The position numbers and the translations under genes were made by a program. Positions 30,537 to 39,313 of a DNA stretch of 64,000 nucleotides are shown here, in pieces. How positions within the stretch are numbered: position 1 is the stretch's first letter; each line of letters opens with the position of its first letter. Location: the NCBI GenBank assembly GCA_005885515.1, contig VAWK01000022.1:27562-91561 (forward strand). The letters run 5' to 3'. The DNA is from Actinomycetota bacterium. GTDB taxonomy: Bacteria > Actinomycetota > Thermoleophilia > Solirubrobacterales > Solirubrobacteraceae. The notes below the pieces were generated by a model. That model had not been told where the DNA came from and ran no database searches. It was given only the letters and a program-made list of their open reading frames with translations.

Positions 30537-31832
30537 ATGGCGGTCCGAGTACCGTCCGCCATGCGCCGCCTCCGGTCGGTCACGTTCGGCCGGCCCCGGC
30601 TGCCTGCCCGGCTTAGCTCCCGGCGCGCACGCATCTTCGTTTTCCTCGGGCTGCTCGGGCCCGGCCTGATCGCCGCCAACGCCGGCAACGACGCAGGCGG
30701 CGTGGCCACCTACGCCTCGGCCGGCGCCAAGTACGGCTACGACCTGCTGTGGACGATCGTCCTGATCACGGTCTCGCTGGCGATCGTGCAGATGCTCGCG
30801 GCGCGGATGGGCACGGTCACCGGCAAGGGCCTGGCGGAGCTGATTCGCGAGGAGTACGGGATCCGCTGGTCGGTGCTCGCGACCAGCGCGGTGCTGGTCG
30901 CGAATCTCGGCATCTGCATCTCGGACTTCGTCGGCATCGGCGCCGCGCTCGGGCTGGCGGGCGTGCCTGCGCAGGTCACGGTGCCGATCGCGGCGCTCGG
31001 CATCTGGATGATCATCGTGCGCGGTTCCTACCGCAGCGCCGAGCGGATCTTCGTCTGGTTCACGATCCCGTTCTTCGCCTACCCGATCGCGGCGGTGCTC
31101 GCGCACCCCCGCTGGGGCGACGTCGGCAAGGCGGTCGTCGCGCCGCACCTGCACGCCAGCTCGTCGTATCTGTTGATCCTGATCGCGACGGCCGGCACGA
31201 CGATCACGCCGTACATGCAGCTGTACCTGCAGTCGGCGGTCGTCGAGCGGGGGGTGCGCGAGGAGGAGCGGGACCGCGAGGAGCGCGAGGCGATCTCCGG
31301 CGCGGTGTTCGCCAACCTGGTGGCCGCGTTCATCATCATCGCGACCGGCGCCACGCTGTTCGTGCACGGCGTGCACAGCATCTCCTCCGCCGGCGACGCG
31401 GCGCGCGCGCTGAAGCCGTTCGCCGGCCAGTACGCGGAGGCGCTGTTCGGGATCGGGCTGCTGGGCGCGAGCCTGCTGGCCGCCGCGATCCTGCCGATCG
31501 CCACCGCGTATGTCGGCTACGAGAAGGGCATCGGGCGCAGGCGCGAGGAGGCGCCGGTGTTCGTCAACCTGATCACGGGGATGATCGCGATCGGCGCCTT
31601 CGTGGCGATCATCCCGGGCGTGCCGGTGATCTCGCTGCTCGTGGGCGTGCAGGTGGTCAACGGGCTGTTGCTGCCCATCAACCTGTACTTCATCTGGAGG
31701 CTCGCGCGGTCGCCGCAGCTGATGGGCGAGCACCGTTCGCGCGGGCTGCTCGACGTCGCCACGGGCGTGACCGCCGCGGTCCTGTCGGCGCTGTCGCTCG
31801 CGCTGGTGGTGGTCACCGCGGCGGGTCTGTAG
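30537..31832 (+). CDS. NRAMP/SLC11-family transporter of the NRAMP-related (NRMT-like) type, lacking the canonical Asn/Met metal ligands
   Basis: GPGLIAANAGNDAGGVATYASAGAKYGYDLLW (DAGG in place of DPGN) and LIATAGTTITPYMQLYLQS (TTITPY in place of ATVMPH). The ORF is a 431-aa polytopic protein. Confidence 0.85.
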   Translation: MAVRVPSAMRRLRSVTFGRPRLPARLSSRRARIFVFLGLLGPGLIAANAGNDAGGVATYASAGAKYGYDLLWTIVLITVSLAIVQMLAARMGTVTGKGLAELIREEYGIRWSVLATSAVLVANLGICISDFVGIGAALGLAGVPAQVTVPIAALGIWMIIVRGSYRSAERIFVWFTIPFFAYPIAAVLAHPRWGDVGKAVVAPHLHASSSYLLILIATAGTTITPYMQLYLQSAVVERGVREEERDREEREAISGAVFANLVAAFIIIATGATLFVHGVHSISSAGDAARALKPFAGQYAEALFGIGLLGASLLAAAILPIATAYVGYEKGIGRRREEAPVFVNLITGMIAIGAFVAIIPGVPVISLLVGVQVVNGLLLPINLYFIWRLARSPQLMGEHRSRGLLDVATGVTAAVLSALSLALVVVTAAGL

Positions 31833-32859
31833 CCGATCCGACCGCCGGCTGCGCCGGCGCGGCCGGCACGCTCTCGCCAGCCACCAGCAGCGCAGCGCCG
31901 ATCGCCCCGCCTAGGTCGCCGAGCGCGGCCAGGTGCAGCTGCGGCGGGCGCGAGTCGATGAACAGGTGCGGCTGCATCGCGCGCGCGATGCGCCGGGCAT
32001 ACGGCTCGCCAAGCCTCACGCCGAGCCCGCCGCCGATGATCACGCACTCGATGTCCAGCACGTTGACGACCGAGGCGATGCCCGTCCCGAGGGCCCCGAC
32101 CGCGCGGTCGATGAGCTCCGCGGCAAGCTCGTCGTCGCGCTCGAGCGCCCGCGCCCAGATGCCGCTGGTTAGCCGCGTGCGCCGGTGCTCGCGCATGAGC
32201 TTGAAGAGGTCGGTCTTGCGGCCCTTCTCCTCGTGCAGCTTGCGCGCGCGGGCTTCCATCGCCGCGCGGCCCGCGTAGGCCTCCATGCAGCCGATTCGCC
32301 CGCAGGTGCAACGGGCGCCGTCCAGCTTTACGACGACGTGCCCGATCTCACCGGCGCCGCCGCGCCCGCGCCACACCTGGCCGTCGATGATCAGCCCGCC
32401 ACCGACGCCGGTCCCCCAGAACACTCCCAGCAGCGAGCGGTAGGGCCGTCCCGCCCCGAGCGCGAACTCGGCCGCGGTCGCCACCTGTACGTCGTTGCCC
32501 ACCCGCACCTCGCACCCGAGCGCCGCCTGCAGCGTTTCGCCCAGCGGGAACGACCCTTCCCAGCCGGGAAGGTTGCGGGCGCTGCGAACGCTGCTGCCTT
32601 CGATCGTCCCCGGCGAGCCCACCCCGACTCCGGCCAGCGCCGCGATCTCGACGCCGGCGCTGGCCGCCGCGTCGCGCAGCGCCGCCTCCATCTCGGCCGC
32701 CACATCCGCTGGCCCGCCGCTCGTGGGCGTTGCGCGGCGCGCGGAGCCGAGCACGTCGTGGTCGTCATCGACGATCGCCGCCTGGATCTTCGTGCCGCCG
32801 AGGTCGATCCCCCCGTGGATGGACATGGGGCTGATCATGGCAGACGCCTCCGGCGGCAA
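31813..32859 (-). CDS. ROK-family sugar kinase (glucokinase-like)
   Basis: ATP motif GIDLGGTKI and ROK zinc signature CTCGRIGCMEAY. Confidence 0.85.
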   Translation of the reverse strand: MPPEASAMISPMSIHGGIDLGGTKIQAAIVDDDHDVLGSARRATPTSGGPADVAAEMEAALRDAAASAGVEIAALAGVGVGSPGTIEGSSVRSARNLPGWEGSFPLGETLQAALGCEVRVGNDVQVATAAEFALGAGRPYRSLLGVFWGTGVGGGLIIDGQVWRGRGGAGEIGHVVVKLDGARCTCGRIGCMEAYAGRAAMEARARKLHEEKGRKTDLFKLMREHRRTRLTSGIWARALERDDELAAELIDRAVGALGTGIASVVNVLDIECVIIGGGLGVRLGEPYARRIARAMQPHLFIDSRPPQLHLAALGDLGGAIGAALLVAGESVPAAPAQPAVGSATDPPR

Positions 32860-32887
32860 AACCGCCCGCGCTTGCTCGTGAGAATCG

Positions 32888-35482
32888 CTAGCGGTTCGGG
32901 TGGTCGGGGATCGCCGCGGAGCTGCGCTTGACCGCGACGGTCGGTGTGCGCAGGGTTGCGATGTGCGTGACCAGCTGGTCCCACTGGGTGCTGTTCAGCT
33001 CGCCACCGACGAGCAGCGGCGGGGGCGCTGCCGCGCCCTTGCGCGACGAGTGCGCGACAGCGGCCGCCGCCGCCGGGCTCGCTTGTGCCGCAGCGGCGAT
33101 CGGCAGGAAGCCGATGTGGATGTGATCCCGGCGGTCGGAGCTGGCCAGCGTGTTGGCCTGGCCCGGGTACTGCATGAGGCTGATGATGTGGTACGGCACG
33201 AATTCGGCGCGCAGCGTCAGCAGCGTGCGGATCGCGACATCGGTCACCGTGCCCGGACCCTGATGACCTTCGATCGCGATGCCGTCGATGGCCGTGATGT
33301 CAACCGCGTTGCCCGAGAAGTGTTCGGAGCCCGTGGTCGACGCCGCGGCGGATCCGCCGGCGCAACGCAGCGCCCCGACGGTCGGCTTCAGGCCGCTGCG
33401 CGAGAGGAACGCGAGCAGCGCCAGCACGCGCCTGTCGATCGCGCCCGAGGCGACGTCGTGGCGGCCGCACGCGTCGAGCGTGATGCCCGGGTCCGAGAGC
33501 ACGTCGCGCTCGAGCTCGGCCTTCGACAGCAGGAACACGCCGCTCGCGGTCGCGCCGAGCAGGTCCGTTTCGCCGCGCGATCCCTGCGGGTGAAGCGCCG
33601 CGCCCAGCTGGGACCAGTTGTGAAGGATCGGCCGCGGATCGACCGTGCCGGTGTCCCCCGCCGGCCGGATCGCAAAGCGCAAGTGGCCATCACGCGCCGC
33701 AACGGGCGTGCGCACGTGGCCGAGCGGCGTGCCCTTGGCGACGATCGCACCCGCCCGCAGCGGCTGCTCCCGGCCGGCCGCATCCGTGCTCGCGGGCGCC
33801 GCGCCCGAGCTCTGCGCCGCCACCAGCGCGTCGGGGTTGCCGGGATGGGCGAACAGGCGCACCTTGCCCAGCGGCACGTTCGCGCTGGAGGCTGCGCGGC
33901 TGTCCGGCTGCGAGCCCCGCGCGCCAGCACCGCCCGGCGGGCGCCGCGGGGCCGTGACATGCAGCGTGATCGGCTGCTGGGAGCTCGCGGCCCCGGTGTG
34001 CTTCGGCGGTGGTTCCGAAGCGGGCGCCGCGGCCAGGCCGGCGGCGGCCAGGCCCGCGACGCGCGGCGGCTTGGGCAGGCGGTAGCGCGGGGCGATGCTG
34101 CCGAGGCCGGCGTAGGTGAACACGTCCCCGTAGACGTCGCGCAGGACCACGAACTTGCCGAGCGCACGCGAGGCGCCGACGCTTACGATGCGACCATCCT
34201 GCACCGCGACCACGGTCGCGTTGCGGATCGTGGCGAGGTCGATCAGCTGCAGCGCCGGCGCCGCGGCGTGGCCGTGTTGTGCGGCGGCCGCGGCGGCGGG
34301 CGACGGTGCCGGCGAGGCCACCGGCGCGCTCGCCGCGGCGGCTTCGCTGGGAGCGCCGGGGGCTGCGCCGGGCGCGACCGCGCTCGCGTGCGCGGTGGCG
34401 CTGGAGGGCGAGGCGAGTTGGGCGATCGAGCCCCACGCGACCTGGCCGCTGCGCACCGGCAGGCGCCCGTCGGTGAGGCCGGTCAGCGTGGAGATCACCG
34501 GGTTCGGATAGCTCGAGATGAGCTTGGCGCGCAGCAGCACCGAGCTGACGTATTCGGCCGAGTGGTTGTACGCGAGGATCGCCGCGCGCAGGTCGCTGGA
34601 CGCCCCGGCGGCGCGCAGGTAGCGGGCGGCGGCGAAGATCGCGTCGACCGGGTTGTAGGGGTCGGCATATCCGGCGTTGAGCGCATCGACCCCGTACTGG
34701 ATCCAGGTCGCGGGCATGAACTGCATCCAGCCGACCGCCCCGGCGGTCGACACCGATAGGTCGTTGCCGTAGTCGGTCTCGACTTCGTTGATCGCGGCCA
34801 GGATCTGCCACGGGACGCCGTACTGCGCCGCGGCGGCCTGGTAGATCGGGAGCAGGAACAGCGGAATGCGGTAGTAGGACAGCGCCTGGACCGAGGCCGC
34901 CGAGCCGGCCAGCTGTGCCGCGAGCACGCCTGCCTGCGCGGCCACGAGCCGGGGCGGGAGCGCCACGTTGCTGCCCTTCGGCGCGGCTGCGCCCTTGGAG
35001 GGCTTGGCGCCGGGCTTCTTTGCGCCCGTCGAGGAGCCCGGGGGAGTCGCCGAGTTGGTGCGGCTGGGCTGCTGCTTGCGCTGCACCGCCACGGCCGGGC
35101 TCTGGGGGGTGCGACGGGGCCGCGGCGCAGGCGTGATCACCAGCGGCCCGGTCGAGGTGTCCGGTTCGGAGCTGGTGGCGGTGTGCGTGGGCGTGGTCGA
35201 GGTGCCGGTCGTCTGGCCGCTCGACTGAGTGCCCGATCCTCCCGAGGCCCCCGATTCCGGGCCGCCCGATTCGGTCACGGTCAGCGGCACAGTGCCGGTG
35301 TGTTCGGAGCTGGCGTGGCCGGTGGCCGCCAGTGCCTGGTCGGACAGCGAGCCGCCGATGCTGACCGCGGTGAGGCCCCCGCCGGCGAGGGCGGAGAGCA
35401 GCATGCGCCATACGCGCGGGCGCGGGCGAGTCGGGCCTGGCAGCCTCATGCGCCGGTCATGATCATCTTGCGGTCGTCCCAT
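32888..35482 (-). CDS. Secreted multidomain peptidoglycan hydrolase: lytic transglycosylase (SLT) + degenerate LytM/M23 + M15 (VanY-like) peptidase
   Basis: Signal/TM segment, then a Ser/Thr/Pro-rich linker. SLT: INEVETDYG..GWMQFMPATW..AAARYL. LytM-like: VVLRDVYGDVFTYAGL..GHLRFAIRP. M15: SEHFSGNAVD and DHIHIGF. Confidence 0.8.
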   Translation of the reverse strand: MGRPQDDHDRRMRLPGPTRPRPRVWRMLLSALAGGGLTAVSIGGSLSDQALAATGHASSEHTGTVPLTVTESGGPESGASGGSGTQSSGQTTGTSTTPTHTATSSEPDTSTGPLVITPAPRPRRTPQSPAVAVQRKQQPSRTNSATPPGSSTGAKKPGAKPSKGAAAPKGSNVALPPRLVAAQAGVLAAQLAGSAASVQALSYYRIPLFLLPIYQAAAAQYGVPWQILAAINEVETDYGNDLSVSTAGAVGWMQFMPATWIQYGVDALNAGYADPYNPVDAIFAAARYLRAAGASSDLRAAILAYNHSAEYVSSVLLRAKLISSYPNPVISTLTGLTDGRLPVRSGQVAWGSIAQLASPSSATAHASAVAPGAAPGAPSEAAAASAPVASPAPSPAAAAAAQHGHAAAPALQLIDLATIRNATVVAVQDGRIVSVGASRALGKFVVLRDVYGDVFTYAGLGSIAPRYRLPKPPRVAGLAAAGLAAAPASEPPPKHTGAASSQQPITLHVTAPRRPPGGAGARGSQPDSRAASSANVPLGKVRLFAHPGNPDALVAAQSSGAAPASTDAAGREQPLRAGAIVAKGTPLGHVRTPVAARDGHLRFAIRPAGDTGTVDPRPILHNWSQLGAALHPQGSRGETDLLGATASGVFLLSKAELERDVLSDPGITLDACGRHDVASGAIDRRVLALLAFLSRSGLKPTVGALRCAGGSAAASTTGSEHFSGNAVDITAIDGIAIEGHQGPGTVTDVAIRTLLTLRAEFVPYHIISLMQYPGQANTLASSDRRDHIHIGFLPIAAAAQASPAAAAAVAHSSRKGAAAPPPLLVGGELNSTQWDQLVTHIATLRTPTVAVKRSSAAIPDHPNR

Positions 35483-35848
35483 GTTGTGATCGGCGCATTT
35501 GGGCCCACGGAGCGGCTACGCGCACAGCGATTCATATCGGCAGGCAACCAGAAAGCCGTAAAGCGCTCGTAATCGAACCGTCAATTGCCCGAGCACCCCG
35601 AGCGCGTCCCTGGAGCAGCTTTTGAGCGGACGCTCCCTCGCGTGCGCGAAATTCCCCCTCGCAGCCGACTCCTCCTTTCCCTGGTCGCAACGGCCGACTC
35701 CATCCGTGCGTACTCTGCAATGGCGGTTGCAGGGGCAACAATAGCCCAAATTCCGGCTCTGTGGGCAGTGAAGAGGGTGATATGCAGCCGTTCGGGGGCC
35801 GCGCAGTTGCACATAGAGCTCGGCTTCAGCCTCGCAGGCGGTGCGGCG

Positions 35849-35886
35849 GTTTGCGTGCGCGGCCGCGACGCGCCGGCCGCGCAAAC
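35849..35886. other. GC-rich hairpin 15 nt upstream of the secG start
   Basis: GTTTGCG (35849-35855) pairs with CGCAAAC (35880-35886), plus an inner CGGCCG/CGGCCG stem. Confidence 0.4.
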
Positions 35887-35901
35887 GGCTAAGCTCAGCC
35901 G

Positions 35902-36135
35902 GTGGAAACGTTCTTCTCGGTCCTGCAGGTGCTGATCTCGGTCGTGCTGGTGTTCCTCGTGCTGATGCACTCCGGCAAGGACTCGGGCCTGTCGGGCGCC
36001 TTTGGCGTGGGCAGCGGCACGGGCCCGCTGGGTGGCGGCTCGATGGTCGAGCGCAACCTCAACCGCTGGACCATCTTCTTCGCGATCCTGTTCCTGATCA
36101 ACGCGGTGATCCTGCTCAAGCGCCCCTGGGCCTAG
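35902..36135 (+). CDS. secG: Preprotein translocase subunit SecG
   Basis: A 77-aa two-TM protein with VLISVVLVFLVLMHSGKDSGLSGAFG. GTG start. Confidence 0.85.
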   Translation: METFFSVLQVLISVVLVFLVLMHSGKDSGLSGAFGVGSGTGPLGGGSMVERNLNRWTIFFAILFLINAVILLKRPWA

Positions 36136-36157
36136 GCTGCCGCAGGCGTCGATGGAC

Positions 36158-36490
36158 CTAGCGCTCCGGCGCGTCTGAGCGCGGAGCCCGTTGGCCGTTC
36201 AGCGCCGCCAGGCGGTCGAGGATCTCCAATGCCTCAGCCCGCAGGCTGGAATCGAGGCGCTCGTAGTCCTGCGGCGAGAGCTTGCCGGTTCGGTAGTCGA
36301 GCTCCGTGTCGCGAATCTCGCGGTACTTGGCCTCGCGCGCCGCTTCGAGGGCGGCGCGCGCCGGAGCCGGGGCGTCGTCTGACGCGCGCGCGCGACGCGA
36401 GCGGCGCAGCGGAGCGCCGATCACGACGATCACCGCCACGATCAGCAGCAGCGTGAGTATCGCGATCAGGACGCTCACCGCCGCTGGCAC
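36158..36490 (-). CDS. Single-TM protein resembling the N-terminal module of CcmI/CycH
   Basis: N-terminal TM followed by KYREIRDTELDYRTGKLSPQDYERLDSSLRAEALEIL, immediately downstream of ccmF. Confidence 0.5.
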   Translation of the reverse strand: MPAAVSVLIAILTLLLIVAVIVVIGAPLRRSRRARASDDAPAPARAALEAAREAKYREIRDTELDYRTGKLSPQDYERLDSSLRAEALEILDRLAALNGQRAPRSDAPER

Positions 36491-36566
36491 GGGCGGTCAC
36501 CCGCGAGCGCAGCCGGCGCGGTGCGGGATCTCCTGCGCGGCCGCGATGCGCCCTGCGACGGCGCTG

Positions 36567-38729
36567 TCAAGCTTGTGCCAGCTCGCCCGACGGCAGCGCG
36601 CGCGAGGGCACGCTCTCGGCCCGACGCAGAGCGCTGGGCACCGGCCAGATCGCGATCAGGCCTCCGCCGAAGACGGTCAGCGCGCCGATCCAGATCCACA
36701 TCACGAGCGGCGAGACGATGAGGTGAAACTGTGCCGGCGGGGGCGAGCGCAGGTAGGAGCGGGCGAGGTAGGCGATCGCGATCAGCCCCTCGTCGGGCGG
36801 CAGCGTGCGGTTGCCCGCGCTCACGATCCGCTGCAGCGAGGGGCTGGAAATGTCTGGCGCAATCGCCGTCCACACGTCGCGCGTGAGGCCGGCGCTCATG
36901 CTGATGTGGCTGACCGGCTGGCCGCCGATCAGATGTCCGACCGAGCCCTGGGCGGATTCGCCGGAGTCGTAGTAGCCCTGGCTCGGACGCAGGGTCGCCA
37001 CGTGGCGGCCCCGCTTGCTCACGTCGAGCACCGCCCCGAGGCTCAGCGTCGAGCCGGTGTGGGCCGCATCTTGGCGCGGCGTGATCGTCGCCGTGGGCCG
37101 CACGTAGCGCACCGTGTAGCCGCCGACGCGGCTGGATTGGCCGGGCGAGAGGCCGAGCTCGGAGGCGTGCTGGAAGGATGAAGAGGCGGCCACGCCGACG
37201 AACAGGACGGCCATGCCGATGTGCACGATGTAGCCGCCGTAGCGCCGCCGGTTGCGCCGCACCAGTGCCAGCAGGGCGACGGGAACGGGCTCGCCTGCGA
37301 TCGCCCGGCGGGCGCGGGTGCCGCGCACGAACTCCTGTCCGATGCACCCCAGCACGAAGGCCGCGCAGCAGAACATGGCCAGCGCGAGCGGCTTGTGCTG
37401 GACCCCGGCGACGAGCAGCGCGCCGAGCGCGAGCAGCGCGAGCAACGTGGGACCGGTGAAGTTGCGGCGCGCGTTGGCGAGCGTGGCGCGGCGCCAGGCG
37501 ATCACCGGTCCGATGCCGCTGAGCAGCACCAGCGCGAGCGCGAGCGGGACCGTGTAGCGGTCAAACCAGGGCGGGCCGACCGACGATTCGCGGCCCGAGA
37601 GCGCCTCGGAGATGAGCGGGAAGTAGGTGCCCCAGAAGATCACGAAGCAAAGGCCGACGAGCACCAGGTTGTTGGCCAGGAAGATCGACTCGCGCGACAG
37701 CAAGGACTCCAGGCGATGCTCGGAGCGCAGCATCTTCGCGCGCGAGACCACGAGGTAGATCGAGCTCGCGATGAGCACGCCGATCAGCACCACGAACGGC
37801 ACCCCCAGGGTGGCTCCGCCGAACGCGTGGATCGAGTTGAGGATGCCGCTGCGCACGAGGAATGTGCCCATCACGGCCAGCGTTCCGGTGGCGAGCACCA
37901 GCGACATGTTCCAGACCTTCAGCATGCCGCGCTTCTCCTGGATCATCAGCGAGTGCAGCAGCGCGGTGCCGGTCAGCCAGGGCATCAGCGACGCGTTCTC
38001 GACCGCGTCCCAGCCCCAGTAGCCGCCCCAGCCCAGCTCCGCATATGACCAGCGCGCGCCCAGTACGATGCCGGCCCCGAGCAGCAGCCAGGCCGCGATC
38101 GCGAAGCGTCGAATGATGCGGGTCCAGTCGGCGTCCACCCTGCGCGCGAGCAGCGCGCCGATGCCGAAGGCGAGCGGAATCGTGCACAGCGTGTAGCCGG
38201 AGTAGAGCATCGGCGGGTGGATGACCATCGTCGGGAAGCGCAGCAGCGGGTCCAGGCCGGCACCTTCAGCCGGCGCGGGATGGGTGGTGGCGAAGGGCGT
38301 CGCGTAGACGAGCATCAGCACGACGAAGAAGCCCGCCAGACCGAGCAGGACGGCGGTCGCATACGCGGCCACCTCGCGCATCCTGCGGCGCACCAAGAAC
38401 AGCGCGAGGCTCGACCACAACGACAGCAGCAAGGCCCACAGCAGCAGCGAGCCTTCCTGCGAGGACCACACCGCCGCGGCCCGGTACAGCGCCGGCGTGG
38501 TGCGGCTCGACGTGTCGGCCACGGTGTTGAACGTGAAGTCGTTGCGCAGAAAGGCGACCTCTAGTACCGCGAAGGCGACCGCCAGGATGCCGGCCAGCGC
38601 ATACATCGCACGGCGGCCCGAGTCCCGGAAATCGGCGCGCCCGCCGCGCACGCCGTACAGCGATGCGCCGATGCCGTAGGCGCATACCGCGAGCGCCAGC
38701 AGCAGACAAGCCCGTCCCAGCGGTGCCAT
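36567..38729 (-). CDS. ccmF: Cytochrome c-type biogenesis heme lyase CcmF
   Basis: Large polytopic ORF with the WWD-type motif WGGYWGWDAVEN. ATG at 38729 (MAPLGRACLLL) avoids overlap with ccmE. Confidence 0.9.
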   Translation of the reverse strand: MAPLGRACLLLALAVCAYGIGASLYGVRGGRADFRDSGRRAMYALAGILAVAFAVLEVAFLRNDFTFNTVADTSSRTTPALYRAAAVWSSQEGSLLLWALLLSLWSSLALFLVRRRMREVAAYATAVLLGLAGFFVVLMLVYATPFATTHPAPAEGAGLDPLLRFPTMVIHPPMLYSGYTLCTIPLAFGIGALLARRVDADWTRIIRRFAIAAWLLLGAGIVLGARWSYAELGWGGYWGWDAVENASLMPWLTGTALLHSLMIQEKRGMLKVWNMSLVLATGTLAVMGTFLVRSGILNSIHAFGGATLGVPFVVLIGVLIASSIYLVVSRAKMLRSEHRLESLLSRESIFLANNLVLVGLCFVIFWGTYFPLISEALSGRESSVGPPWFDRYTVPLALALVLLSGIGPVIAWRRATLANARRNFTGPTLLALLALGALLVAGVQHKPLALAMFCCAAFVLGCIGQEFVRGTRARRAIAGEPVPVALLALVRRNRRRYGGYIVHIGMAVLFVGVAASSSFQHASELGLSPGQSSRVGGYTVRYVRPTATITPRQDAAHTGSTLSLGAVLDVSKRGRHVATLRPSQGYYDSGESAQGSVGHLIGGQPVSHISMSAGLTRDVWTAIAPDISSPSLQRIVSAGNRTLPPDEGLIAIAYLARSYLRSPPPAQFHLIVSPLVMWIWIGALTVFGGGLIAIWPVPSALRRAESVPSRALPSGELAQA

Positions 38730-38773
38730 CAGCGCCCAGGTGGGAGGGGGGAACGAAGCGGCGGCATGCGCAC

Positions 38774-39190
38774 TCAGTAGTTCTGTTTCTCGCCCGCCGG
38801 AGCCGTCTTGTACTTCGACGGACACTTGGTGATCAGCGAGTCCCGTTCGCCGATGTAGCGGGCGCCGCGCTTCTGGACGGTGACGATGATCTCGCGCCCC
38901 TCCCTGAACGGATCGGGCACCGTCCCGGTGTAGGAGACCGGGACCTTGGTGCCGCCGGCGCGATCCTCGACGCTGAAGTCGAGCACGCCGGCTTGGCGGT
39001 GCACGGAGCCGGAGACGACTGTGCCGGTGAGCTGATAGCTGCGCCCGGGCTGCGCCCGGCGCACGAGCTGGCTCGGGCTGATCGCGGGACTCGCCGCGCT
39101 GAAGCTCGTGTAGATCAGCGCGCTCGCCAGCACCACCGCCGCGCTGAGCGCCACGATCAGGCGCACGACTCGCTTACGCGCGGGATTCAT
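38774..39190 (-). CDS. ccmE: Heme chaperone CcmE, Cys-type (CxxxY) variant
   Basis: N-terminal anchor and OB-fold (YQLTGTVVSGSV, FREGREIIV). The heme-attachment site reads KCPSKY where canonical CcmE has KHDENY. Confidence 0.85.
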   Translation of the reverse strand: MNPARKRVVRLIVALSAAVVLASALIYTSFSAASPAISPSQLVRRAQPGRSYQLTGTVVSGSVHRQAGVLDFSVEDRAGGTKVPVSYTGTVPDPFREGREIIVTVQKRGARYIGERDSLITKCPSKYKTAPAGEKQNY

Positions 39191-39313
39191 CTAGGGCCAG
39201 TATTTCAAACGCCCGCCGGCCCGCGGTCCCTCCGCGGACGCCCGGTGGGTGCGCGGCGATCCCCTTGCGCCGCGCCCACGCGCGAGGAGATTGCCCGGTC
39301 AAAGCGAAACCTT

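Noticed and set aside
29598-31733. A 711-aa minus-strand ORF antisense to the MgtE-N/CBS and NRAMP-family genes.
   Set aside because: Same GC artefact: an Arg/Asp/His/Gly-rich sequence with no domain features. The plus-strand genes carry clear family motifs.
35483-35901. A ydaO-type c-di-AMP riboswitch upstream of the cell-wall hydrolase gene.
   Set aside because: I looked on both strands for the conserved GGGGACCCA, GGGGUGAAUC and CAGCUAACCUCGUAAGCG-like cores and did not find them. Only an Rfam/Infernal scan can settle it.
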